Positions 39,405-48,499 of a stretch of 64,000 nt of DNA are shown one piece after another. The notes beneath the pieces were generated by a model. That model ran no database searches. It was not told where the DNA came from and saw nothing but the letters and a program-made list of their open reading frames with translations. The DNA lies in assembly GCA_963836205.1 (NCBI GenBank), contig CAWIIV010000006.1, positions 1 to 64,000 on the forward strand, given 5' to 3'. This DNA comes from an uncultured Acidimicrobiia bacterium. Its GTDB lineage: Bacteria > Actinomycetota > Acidimicrobiia > Acidimicrobiales > AC-14. The number at the start of each line of letters is the position of its first letter. Position 1 is the stretch's first letter. The position numbers and the translations under genes are program-made.

Positions 39405-41643
39405 CGACGCCCCGGTCGTGGTGGTCGGACTCCTCGGCGGACGTCCGGTCGGCGACGCCGCCGCCGCCGCCCTCCGCGCCGCCACTCTTGTCGCCGGGGG
39501 ACGGGACCAGCTCGCGGCGGTGGCCGACCTCCTCGCTCCCGGCGCCCGCACCGTCGTGGTCGGGGCGGGACTGGGCGCCCTCGACGACGTGGCCGCCGAC
39601 CCCGGCCCCGCGTGCGTCCTGGCCTCGGGCGACCCCGGCTTCTTCGGCGTGGTCCGTGCCCTCAACGCCCGAATCGGCGACCGCCTCGTCGTCCACCCCG
39701 CGCCCTCGTCGGTCGCCCTCGCCTTCGCCCGCCTGGGCCTGCCGTGGGACACCGCCGTCGTCCGCTCGTGCCACACCGGCGACGCGGCCCGCGTGGCGGC
39801 CGAGGTCGCCCGGGCCGAGGTGGCCGCGGTCCTCACCGGCCCCGACGCCCCCCCGGAGGCGGTCGGCGCCGCCCTCGTCGCCCTCGGCGCCCACCACCGG
39901 TTGGTCGTGGTGGCCACCCGCCTGGGCGAGCCGGGGGAGCTGGTCACCCGCTGTACCGACCTGGCCGACCTGGCCGCCGGCCGCTTCGACCACCGATCGG
40001 TGGTGGTGCTCGGCCACCCGAGCACGCCGAAGTCGGCGGCCCTCGGCGGACGCCCGGCGGCCGCCTTCGCCCACCGGGCGTCGATGATCACCAAGCCCGA
40101 GGTGCGGTCGGTGGTGCTGGGCAAGCTCGACCTGCCCGCCCATGGCGTGTTGTGGGACGTCGGCGCCGGCAGCGGGAGCGTCGCCATCGAGGCCGCCCTG
40201 GCCGCCCCCGGGTTGCGAGTGGTGGCGGTGGAACGGAATCACGACGACGCCGAGCGGGTGCTGGCCAACGCGGCTGTCCTCGGCGCCCTGGTGGACGTGT
40301 TCGAAGGCGCCGCCCCTGCCGTCCTCGAGCGGCTGCCCCCGCCCGACCGGGTCTTCGTCGGGGGAGGCGGGCTCGACGTGCTCGACGCGTGCCTGGCCGC
40401 CCTCCGCCCGGGCGGCCGGCTGGTGGCCACCTTCGCGGCCGTCGACCGGGCCGCGGCCGCCCACCGCCGGCTCGGCAACCTGGTGCAGGTGGGCGTCGAC
40501 CGGGCCGAAGTCCTCCCTGACGGCGGAATTCGCTTCGTGGCCGACAACCCGGTGTTCGTGGCCTGGGGCGACGCGCCCGCGGCGGCGATCGCGGCTGTCG
40601 TTCGGCGGGTCGTCGTCGGGATCGGCTGCTCGTCCGGCGCCACTGCCGACGAGGTGTCGATCGTGGTCCGCGAGGCCCTGGCCGCGGCCGGCGAGCACGC
40701 GGCCGACGCCTACGCCACCATCGACGTCCGGGCCGGCCACCCCGCCCTGCCGACTTCGACCCAGCCGTTCCCGCCCTCGCTCCTGGGACTGGTCGACGTC
40801 CCCAACCCGAGCGCGGCGGTCGATGACGCGGTCGGCACGCCCAGCGTGGCCGAGGCGGCCGCCCTCCTCGCCGCCGGGCCCGGCGCCCGCCTCACCGTCG
40901 CCAAGCGCAAGGGCGCCACCGCCACCGCCGCGGTGGCCGTGGGGACGGGCGGGACGGGCGGGACGGGCTCCGTCCACGTGGTCGGACTCGGACCGGGCGG
41001 TGCCGTCCACCGCACCCCGGCCGCCATCGCCGCCGTCCGCCACGCCGACGCGGTGGTCGGTTACCGGCCGTACGTCGATGCCGTCGACAGCCTCCTCCGT
41101 CCCGACCAGCTCGTCCTCCGGGGGACGATGGGAGCGGAGGACGAGCGGGCCCGGGCCGCCCTCACCCTGGCCCGGTGCGGGTGGCGGGTGGCCCTGGTGT
41201 CGTCGGGCGACGCCGGGGTGTTCGCCATGGGCGCCCGCACCCTGGCCCTGGCCGCCGGGGGCGCAGATGTCGAGGTCCACCTGGTCCCGGGGGTGACTGC
41301 GGCCCACGCCGCGGCCGCCGCGGCCGGCACTCCCCTCGGCACCGCCCACGCCCTCGTCACCCTGTCCGACCTGCACCTTCCGTGGGCGACGATCGAGGCT
41401 CAGCTACGGGCGGCGGCCTCGTCGGGGATGGCCCTGGCCCTCTACAACCCCCGGTCCGCCGGCCGTCCCGACAACCTGGCCCGGGCACGGGAGGTCCTCC
41501 TCGACGTGCTCTTCCCGTCGACGCCGGTGGTGGTCGTCACCGACGCCACCGGTCCCGACGAGTCGGTCGTCCACACCACCCTCGCTACCCTCGACCCCAC
41601 CGACGCCGGCATGCGTTCGATGGTCCTGGTCGCCGGCCGGTGA
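39397..41643 (+). CDS. Multidomain fusion CbiE-CbiT (CobL) + CbiG C-terminal (CobE-like) + CbiH (CobJ)
   Basis: LASGDPGFFG; MITKPEVR..WDVGAGSGSV; VVGIGC..PSVAEAAAL; VVGLGPG..VSSGDAGVFAM..LYNPRS. Confidence 0.88.
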   Translation: MADDAPVVVVGLLGGRPVGDAAAAALRAATLVAGGRDQLAAVADLLAPGARTVVVGAGLGALDDVAADPGPACVLASGDPGFFGVVRALNARIGDRLVVHPAPSSVALAFARLGLPWDTAVVRSCHTGDAARVAAEVARAEVAAVLTGPDAPPEAVGAALVALGAHHRLVVVATRLGEPGELVTRCTDLADLAAGRFDHRSVVVLGHPSTPKSAALGGRPAAAFAHRASMITKPEVRSVVLGKLDLPAHGVLWDVGAGSGSVAIEAALAAPGLRVVAVERNHDDAERVLANAAVLGALVDVFEGAAPAVLERLPPPDRVFVGGGGLDVLDACLAALRPGGRLVATFAAVDRAAAAHRRLGNLVQVGVDRAEVLPDGGIRFVADNPVFVAWGDAPAAAIAAVVRRVVVGIGCSSGATADEVSIVVREALAAAGEHAADAYATIDVRAGHPALPTSTQPFPPSLLGLVDVPNPSAAVDDAVGTPSVAEAAALLAAGPGARLTVAKRKGATATAAVAVGTGGTGGTGSVHVVGLGPGGAVHRTPAAIAAVRHADAVVGYRPYVDAVDSLLRPDQLVLRGTMGAEDERARAALTLARCGWRVALVSSGDAGVFAMGARTLALAAGGADVEVHLVPGVTAAHAAAAAAGTPLGTAHALVTLSDLHLPWATIEAQLRAAASSGMALALYNPRSAGRPDNLARAREVLLDVLFPSTPVVVVTDATGPDESVVHTTLATLDPTDAGMRSMVLVAGR

Positions 41644-41822
41644 TCGACACCGTCCGCATCACCGACGCCTGCACCGCCTGCGGGGCGTGCCTGGCGACGT
41701 GCCCGGAGCGGGCCCTGCGGCGGGCGCCCCGCAAGCCGGCCGTGGTCGACGACCTGTGCACCGCCTGTTGGGACTGCGTCGGCATCTGCCCCGCGGGCGC
41801 CATCGTGGAGGCAGCCCGGTGA
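41640..41822 (+). CDS. Dicluster 4Fe-4S ferredoxin
   Basis: CTACGACLATCP and CTACWDCVGICP; translationally coupled on both sides. Confidence 0.9.
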   Translation: MIDTVRITDACTACGACLATCPERALRRAPRKPAVVDDLCTACWDCVGICPAGAIVEAAR

Positions 41823-42427
41823 CCGTCCACCCCATCGAGGCCGAGTCGTACCGGATCCTCGCCGAGCGGGTCGACCTCACCCGCTGGCCGCCGGCGGCGG
41901 CGGCGGTGGTGGCGCGGGTGATCCACGCCGCGGCCGACGTCACCTACGCCGACACCCTCGTGGTCGACGAGGACGCCTGCCTGGCGGGCATCGCCGCCCT
42001 CCGGGCGGGGTCGCCGGTGGTCGCCGACGTGGAGATGGTGCGGGTCGCCACCCGCCGGGCCGGTACCCGTTGCCTCCTCGACGATGGTCGGGCCTTCGCC
42101 GCGGCCCATCCCGAAGCCGGCCTCACCGCTTCGGCCGCGGCCATGCGGGTGGCGGCCGAGCGGTGGCCGGAGGGGGCGGTCGTGGTCGTCGGCAACGCGC
42201 CCACCGTCCTCTTGGAGGTCGTACGCCTGGCCCAGGCGGGGGACTTCCGGCCCGCGCTGGTGATCGGCCTCCCGGTCGGGTTCGTGGGCGCGGCCGACGC
42301 CAAAGCTGCCCTGCGGGCCTCGGGACTCCTGTCGGTGAGCAACGTGGGCGAGCGGGGCGGGAGCGCGGTGGCGGCCGCCGCTCTCAACGCCCTGTGGCGG
42401 CTGGCCACGGCGGAGGCCGACCGATGA
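41819..42427 (+). CDS. cobH: Precorrin-8X methylmutase (CobH/CbiC)
   Basis: HPIEAESYRI, RVIHA, GNAPT, GLPVGFVGAA, GGSAVAAAALNAL. Confidence 0.93.
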   Translation: MTVHPIEAESYRILAERVDLTRWPPAAAAVVARVIHAAADVTYADTLVVDEDACLAGIAALRAGSPVVADVEMVRVATRRAGTRCLLDDGRAFAAAHPEAGLTASAAAMRVAAERWPEGAVVVVGNAPTVLLEVVRLAQAGDFRPALVIGLPVGFVGAADAKAALRASGLLSVSNVGERGGSAVAAAALNALWRLATAEADR

Positions 42428-43122
42428 GTCCGCCCACCGTCCACCTGGTGGGCGGCGGCCCCGGCGACCCCTTGCTCCTCACCCGGCGGGCCGCCCGCCT
42501 CCTGTCTGAGGCCGACGTGGTCGTGGTCGATCGCCGCTCGCTCGACGCCATCGTCGCCCTCGCCCCACCGGCCGCCGAGCGCGTCTTCGTCGGTCGGGCC
42601 GACGGGCATCCCGCCTGGGACACCGACGCCGTCGCCGACCTCCTCGCCCACCGGGCCCGCACCCACCCGACCGGCACCGTCGTCCGCCTCAAGAGCGGCG
42701 ACCCCTTCGTGTGCTCCCGGGGAGGCGAGGAGATGGCCGCCCTGGTCGAGCGGGGCATCCATGTCGAGGTCACGCCGGGCGTCTCGGCCGCCACCGCCGC
42801 CCCCCTGGCCGCCGGCATGCGCCGCGGCCGCACCGTCACCATCCTCGCCGGCAACTCCGACCCCGTGTACCCCGACGTCGACCTCGGCGCCCTCGCCGAC
42901 CCCGACGCATCCCTCGTCGTCCTCGTCGGGCGGTCACGGCAGCAGCACCTGGCCGACGCCCTGATGGCGGCCGGGCTCGACCGCACCACCCCCGCGGCCG
43001 TCGTCCACGCCGCCACTCGCCCCGGTGCTCGCGTTGTCCACACCACTCTCGAACGCCTTGGCGACCACCGCCTCCCCCCGCCCGCCACCGTCGTGATCGG
43101 CCCCGCCCGTGCACATCCCTGA
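42424..43122 (+). CDS. cobA: Uroporphyrinogen-III C-methyltransferase
   Basis: LVGGGPGDPLLLT, VRLKSGDPFV..RGGEE, PGVSA, PPATVVIG. Confidence 0.85.
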   Translation: MSPPTVHLVGGGPGDPLLLTRRAARLLSEADVVVVDRRSLDAIVALAPPAAERVFVGRADGHPAWDTDAVADLLAHRARTHPTGTVVRLKSGDPFVCSRGGEEMAALVERGIHVEVTPGVSAATAAPLAAGMRRGRTVTILAGNSDPVYPDVDLGALADPDASLVVLVGRSRQQHLADALMAAGLDRTTPAAVVHAATRPGARVVHTTLERLGDHRLPPPATVVIGPARAHP

Positions 43123-43732
43123 CGGCTGGATCGACCTGCCCACGTCGGCCGCAGCCGCTGCCATAGCGGCCGCGGCCGTCACCGTCTCCGCCCGCCGGGC
43201 CAAGGTCGGCCTCCAGCAGAAGGCCACCACCACGCCCGCCGTGGTGGCCGCCTACCTGCTGGTGGCCGAGCTCCTCGTCGTCCCCCTCGGGGTCGGCACG
43301 GGCGCCCACCTCGTCGGCACCGGCCTGGCCGCGGTCCTGGTCGGACCCGAGCTGGCCATCGTGTGCGTCACCGTCGTGGTCCTCGTCCAGGCCCTGGTGC
43401 TGGCCGACGGGGGGGTCACCGCCATCGGCCTCAACGTGGTCAACAACGGCGTGGTGCCCGCCCTCGTGGCGTGGACGCTCTTCCGGGCCCTGACGACCGC
43501 CCGCGCCTCCCGGCCCATGGCCGCGGGGATCGCCGCCGGCCTGGCCACTCTCGCCGCCGGGGCCGCGGCGGCCGTCGAGTTCACCATCGGCGGCACCGAC
43601 GTGATCCCGGCCCGGGCCGTCGCCGCTGCCCTGGGCGCGGGGCACCTGGTCGTGGCCGTCGTCGAAGGGGTCCTCACCGCCCTCGTGGTCCGGGTGGTCT
43701 ACCGGCTCAGGCCAGACCTGGTGAAGGTATGA
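43109..43732 (+). CDS. cbiM: ECF-type cobalt transporter substrate component CbiM
   Basis: N-terminal MHIPDG, QALVLADGG, H..VEGVLT. Confidence 0.9.
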   Translation: MHIPDGWIDLPTSAAAAAIAAAAVTVSARRAKVGLQQKATTTPAVVAAYLLVAELLVVPLGVGTGAHLVGTGLAAVLVGPELAIVCVTVVVLVQALVLADGGVTAIGLNVVNNGVVPALVAWTLFRALTTARASRPMAAGIAAGLATLAAGAAAAVEFTIGGTDVIPARAVAAALGAGHLVVAVVEGVLTALVVRVVYRLRPDLVKV

Positions 43733-44670
43733 GCCGAACCCACGGCACCACGCTGCCGGCCACACCGACACGCACCCCGCTCACCGCCCTCGCCCCCGAG
43801 GCCAAGCTGGTGGGACTGGTCGCCTTCCTGGGGGCGGTGGCGACCACTCCCCCGTCCCGCCCGTGGGCCCTCGCCGGGCAGGCTGGGATCGCGGTGGCGG
43901 TGGCCGTCGCCGCGCTCGTGCGGCCCCGGGCTGTCGTCCGCCGGCTGGTGATCGACCTGCCCCTGGCGGTGCTGGCCGTCACCGTCGCCGTCGCCGCCTC
44001 GGGACCGAGAGTCCACGTGGCCGGCATCAGCCTCTCCCGGGCCGGTCTCCAGGTCGGCCTGGCCCTGCTGGCCAAGGCCACCGTCGGCATCGTCGCCGTC
44101 TCGGCGGTGGCGGCCGCCACCACTGCGTCCGAGACCGTCGCCGGACTCCGCCGCCTGCGCCTGCCCGCCTGGATCTGCGACCTGGTGGCCCTCACCGCCC
44201 GCCAGCTCCAGGTCCTCGGCGACGAGCTGGCCCGGCTCCGGCTGGCGGGGTCGGTCCGGGCCGGAAACCGGGGCCGGCGGGGCGAGTGGTCGGCCGTGGC
44301 CCGGTCGCTGGGCGTCCTCTTCGTCCGCAGCGTCGAGCGGGCCGACCGCCTCGAAATCGCCCTCGCCGCCCGCGGCGGCCCCCCGTCGGCCGCGGTCAAC
44401 CACTCCACCCCGTCGTCGACGACGGCGGGTGGGGCCCCTCACGCCGCCGCCGTGGCCCCGGACACCCGCGCCACCGCCACGCCCGACCACCCGGCCACGG
44501 GCGCCTCCCACCGCGTCACCGCGAACGGCGCAACCACCTGGGGCGACGCCGCCCCGACCGACGACCCCGCTTCCACGGCCACGGCCACCCCGTCGACGAC
44601 GACGGCCGGCGGGTGGATCCCCGCGCTTCTCCCCGCGGCGGCCGCCCTCGTCCTCCGGATCGCGGCATGA
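43729..44670 (+). CDS. cbiQ: ECF-type cobalt transporter T component CbiQ with a low-complexity C-terminal insert
   Basis: APEAKL, LFVRSVERADR..ARG; lies between cbiM and cbiO. Confidence 0.85.
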   Translation: MSRTHGTTLPATPTRTPLTALAPEAKLVGLVAFLGAVATTPPSRPWALAGQAGIAVAVAVAALVRPRAVVRRLVIDLPLAVLAVTVAVAASGPRVHVAGISLSRAGLQVGLALLAKATVGIVAVSAVAAATTASETVAGLRRLRLPAWICDLVALTARQLQVLGDELARLRLAGSVRAGNRGRRGEWSAVARSLGVLFVRSVERADRLEIALAARGGPPSAAVNHSTPSSTTAGGAPHAAAVAPDTRATATPDHPATGASHRVTANGATTWGDAAPTDDPASTATATPSTTTAGGWIPALLPAAAALVLRIAA

Positions 44671-46395
44671 CCGACCTCCTCCTCGTCGGCCATGGCAGCC
44701 GCGATCCCGCGGCGGCGGAGGAGTTCACGACACTCACGGCCCTCGTCCGGGCCGCGGCCCCGCCCGACATCCGGGTCGGTGCCGGCTTCCTCGAGCTGGC
44801 CGAGCCGCATGTCGACGTCGCCCTCGACCGCCTCGTCGCCGACGGCGCCACCGACATCGCCGCGGTCCCGTACGTCCTCTTCGGCGCCGGCCATCTCAAG
44901 GACGACGGCCCCGCCATCCTCGCCCGGGCCCGCCGCCGCCACCCCGCCGTCCGCTTCCACCTCGCCCGCGACCTCGGCATCCACCCCGCCGTCCTCGACG
45001 TAACCGAGGACCGGGCCCGTTCCGCCCGCAAGCGGCTGCCGTCCACCGAGCGCACCGCCGTCGTCCTCGTCGGGCGGGGCTCCACCGACCCCGACGCCGG
45101 CGCCGACTTCGTGAAGTTCGCCCGGCTCCTCGAGGACGGACGAGGCCTCGGCCCGGTCCACCCCGCCTTCGCGGCCATGAGCCGGCCCCACCTCCACGAC
45201 GCCCTCGACCGGGCTCACAGCCTCGGCGCGGAAGCCGTCACCGTCGTCCCCCTCCTCCTGTTCCAGGGCGTCCTCGTCGAGCGGATCGTGGTCGACGCCG
45301 CCGCCTGGGCCACCGCCCACCCCGACGTGGCCGTCACCACCGCCGCCCCCCTCGGCCCCGATCCCCGCCTGGCCGACCTGGTCGTCGAGCGCCATCGGGA
45401 GGCCGTCCAGGGCGACGTCCGCATGAACTGCGACGTCTGCGCCTACCGGGTGCGGCTCCCCGGCTACGAGGAGAAGGTGGGAACGCCCCTGGTCGTCTCC
45501 CCGCCGGAGGACGAGCCCCGCGGCTGGCGGGCCCGCCGGGCCGCCAATCAGGCCGCGGCCGACGCCGCCACCCGCCGCCAGCGGCCCCGACGGGGACTCG
45601 GCCGTCGCACCGGCATCCCCCCCGCCCCCGACCGCGACGACCACCCCGCGATCCACATCGTCGGCCTGCGCCACACCTGGCCCGACGGCACCGACGCCCT
45701 CTCCGGGGTCGACCTCGACGTGGCCCAGGGCGAGCGCATCGCCGTCCTCGGCCCCAACGGGTCGGGCAAGACCACCCTCGCCCTCCACCTCATCGGCGCC
45801 CTCGGGCGGCCGACCGCGGGCGCCGTCCATGTGACCGGCCTCACCGTGGCCGACACCAACCTGGCCGAGGTCCGCCGGCGGGTCGGGCTCGTCTTCCAGG
45901 ACCCCGACGACCAGCTCCTCCTGCCCACGGTGGCCGACGACGTCGCCCTCGGCCCGGCCAACCTCGGCCTCACCGGCGACGCCCTCGCCCAGCGGGTGGC
46001 CACCGCCCTCGACGTGGTCGGCCTCACCGACGCCGCCGACCGGGCGCCGCAGCACCTCGAGCATGGGCGAGCGCCGCCGGGCCGCCCTCGCGGGAGTGCT
46101 CGCCGTCCACCCCGAGATCCTCGTCCTCGACGAACCCAGCGCCAACCTCGACCCGTCCGCCCGTCGCGACGCGGTCGAGATCGTCAAGGGCCTGAGGGGC
46201 GTGACCACCGTGGTCATCACCCACGACCTCCCCCTCGCCCTCGAGCTGTGCCCCCGCGCGGTCGTCCTCGACGGGGGACGCATCGTGGCCGACGGCCCCA
46301 CCGCCGCCCTCCTGGCCAACCCCGCCCTCATGGCCGCCCACCGCCTCGAGCTCCCCTACGGGTTCCCATTGCCGGTTAGCGGACCCGCCCGGTGA
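44667..46395 (+). CDS. cbiX: CbiX cobaltochelatase fused to a CbiO ABC ATPase; frameshift near 46060 inside the ATPase
   Basis: VGHGSR, GFLEL, GHLKDD, VGRGS, MNCDVC, then in frame GPNGSGKTT, VFQDPDDQL; LDEPS and ITHD in the next frame. Confidence 0.88.
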
Positions 46396-47306
46396 CCCAA
46401 GCCCCGATCGTCGACGTCGCCCCCCCGCCCGCGGCCCATGGCGGGGACGGCGCCCGGCTGGCGGCCGCCCTCGGCGTCGACGCCGACGACGTCCTCGACC
46501 TGTCCGCCTCCCTCAACCCGTACGCCCCCGACGTGTCCGCCCTGGCCGCCCGCCGCCTCGGCAGCCTCCGCCGGTACCCCGACCCCACCGACGCCACCGC
46601 CGCCCTCGCCCGGGCCATCGGCGTCGACACCGACCGCCTCGTCCTCACCGCCGGTGGCTCGGAGGCCATCGCCCTCGTCGCCCGCCACGTGCGAACGGGC
46701 CACGTCGAGGGACCCGAGTTCTCCCTGTACGAACGCCACCTGACCCCCGGCGAAGGCCGGTGGCGATCCAACCCGAACAACCCCCTGGGGACCCTGGCCG
46801 CCCCCGCCGACCGGGCCGCCGTCTGGGACGAAGCCTTCTGGCCCCTCGCCACCGGCACCTGGACCCGGGGCGACGCCGACCGGGGTGCCGTCGTGGTCGG
46901 CTCGCTCACCAAGGTGTTCGCCTGCCCCGGCCTCCGGGTGGGCTACGTCGTCGCCCCCATACCCAACGTGGCCGAACGCCTCCGCCGCCGGCTACCCCTC
47001 TGGAGCGTCGGCAGCCTGGCCTGTGCCCTCGTCCCCGACCTGCTCGACCGGGCCGACCTCCCCGCGTGGCACGCCGCCGTCACCGCACACCGGTCAGAGC
47101 TCGCCACCCTCATCCGCCACCACGGCTACACCGTCGCCACCGCCGATGCCCCGTGGGTCCTCGTCTCCCCCGCCGGCGACCTCCGCCCCCGCCTCGCCCG
47201 CCACGGCATCCTCCTCCGTGACTGCGCCAGCTTCGGCCTGGTCGACACCGTCCGCATCGCCCTCCCCGATGCCGCCGGCCTCGACCGCCTCGCGTCCGCC
47301 CTGTGA
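46392..47306 (+). CDS. Threonine-phosphate decarboxylase-like PLP enzyme (CobD/CobC type)
   Basis: HGGD, DLSASLNP, NPNNPLG, DEAF, SLTK..PGLRVG, RDCASF. Confidence 0.85.
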   Translation: MTQAPIVDVAPPPAAHGGDGARLAAALGVDADDVLDLSASLNPYAPDVSALAARRLGSLRRYPDPTDATAALARAIGVDTDRLVLTAGGSEAIALVARHVRTGHVEGPEFSLYERHLTPGEGRWRSNPNNPLGTLAAPADRAAVWDEAFWPLATGTWTRGDADRGAVVVGSLTKVFACPGLRVGYVVAPIPNVAERLRRRLPLWSVGSLACALVPDLLDRADLPAWHAAVTAHRSELATLIRHHGYTVATADAPWVLVSPAGDLRPRLARHGILLRDCASFGLVDTVRIALPDAAGLDRLASAL

Positions 47307-48049
47307 TCGTCTTGGACGGGGTCACCCTGCGGGCGGAGATGATCGCCGCCATCCGGGCCGAGGCCCACGCCGCCTGCCTGGCCACGGTGGTCGTGGGCGA
47401 CAACCCCCGGTGCCACGCCTTCGCCCGCGACAAGCGGTCGGCGGCCATCGAGGCCGGCCTGGCCACGGCCCAGGTCGACCTGACCGGCACCGCCAGCCGA
47501 CACGAGGTGCAGGCCGCCGTCGGCCAGCTGGCCACCAACCCTGCGATCAACGGGATCTTCGTCCAGCTCCCCCTTCCGGAACACATCGACCTCGACCCCA
47601 TCGTCGAGCTCCTCCCGCCGGCCAAGGACGTCGACGGCATGCGCCCCGGGGCCCTCTACGCGCCGACCACGGCCCAGGCCGTCGTCCGCCTGCTCGATCG
47701 CTACGGGATCGCAATCGCCAGCCGGAAGGTCGTCGTGGTGGGAAACTCACCCCGCGTCGCCCACGCGATCGCCCTGCTCCTCACCCTCCGGGGCGCCGAG
47801 GTCACCACGCTCGACGACCCCCTGCCCGACGTCTGCCGCCAGGCCGACATCCTCGTCGCCGCCACCGGCCACCCCCGGACGATCACCGCCGACCACCTCC
47901 GACCGGGGGCGGCCGTGGTCGACGTCACCGGCGACGTCGACCTCGCATCAGCCAGCCGCGTCGCGGGCGCCCTTGCCCCCTACCCCACCGCCGTGGGACC
48001 GGTCGCCGTCGCCTGCCTCCTCCGCAACACCGCCGACGCCGCCCGGTAG
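47303..48049 (+). CDS. folD: FolD-like methylenetetrahydrofolate dehydrogenase/cyclohydrolase, divergent
   Basis: GIFVQLPLP, KDVDG, ADILVAATG; several consensus positions altered. Confidence 0.75.
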   Translation: MIVLDGVTLRAEMIAAIRAEAHAACLATVVVGDNPRCHAFARDKRSAAIEAGLATAQVDLTGTASRHEVQAAVGQLATNPAINGIFVQLPLPEHIDLDPIVELLPPAKDVDGMRPGALYAPTTAQAVVRLLDRYGIAIASRKVVVVGNSPRVAHAIALLLTLRGAEVTTLDDPLPDVCRQADILVAATGHPRTITADHLRPGAAVVDVTGDVDLASASRVAGALAPYPTAVGPVAVACLLRNTADAAR

Positions 48050-48451
48050 CCGCGTCCACAGCGCGGCCAGGCGGGGACCGGCCCGCGACAACTCCTCCAG
48101 GTGCGCCTCGGCCAACCCGCCGAGGCGGCGCTCGCCCTCCTCGGTGAGCGCCACCCGCACCACCCGCTGGTCGCCCTCGCCGTGGAGCCGCCGCACGAGG
48201 CCCGCCTGTTCGGCCCGGTCGACGAGCTCGACCACGCTGTGGTGGCGCAGGAGGAGGTGCCCGGCCAGCTCGCTCATGCTGGGCGGCGTGGGCGGCGACA
48301 TGTGGCCGTGGCCACGCACCGCCAGCAGCAGCTGGTGGCGGGCCGGCGTCATCCCCGCGGCCCGGGCCCGGTCCTCGCTCCAGCGCAGGAAGCGCCGCAG
48401 CCCGTCCCTGAACTCCAGGAGCCGCCGGAAGTCGTCGTCGCTCAAGTCCAT
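47948..48451 (-). CDS. MarR-family transcriptional regulator (3' end uncertain; overlaps folD)
   Basis: LRRFLRWSE, HQLLLAVRG, ELAGHLLLRHHSVVELVDR, DQRVVRVALT. Confidence 0.85.
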   Translation of the reverse strand: MDLSDDDFRRLLEFRDGLRRFLRWSEDRARAAGMTPARHQLLLAVRGHGHMSPPTPPSMSELAGHLLLRHHSVVELVDRAEQAGLVRRLHGEGDQRVVRVALTEEGERRLGGLAEAHLEELSRAGPRLAALWTRLPGGVGGVAEEAGDGDRSHGGGVGGKGARDAAG

Positions 48452-48468
48452 CCCTCGCCTCAAATCCA

Positions 48469-48499
48469 TATCGTAAGACGAGACTATCGTGAGACGATA
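48469..48499. promoter_or_regulatory. Tandem palindromic operator (TATCGT-N3-ACGAtA x2), likely MarR site
   Basis: TATCGTAAGACGAGA-C-TATCGTGAGACGATA between the divergent marR and clc genes. Confidence 0.75.

Noticed and set aside
39397-41643. CbiET-CbiG-CbiH multidomain fusion as a novelty
   Set aside because: Fusions among these B12 enzymes are frequent in actinobacteria; reported as a feature only.
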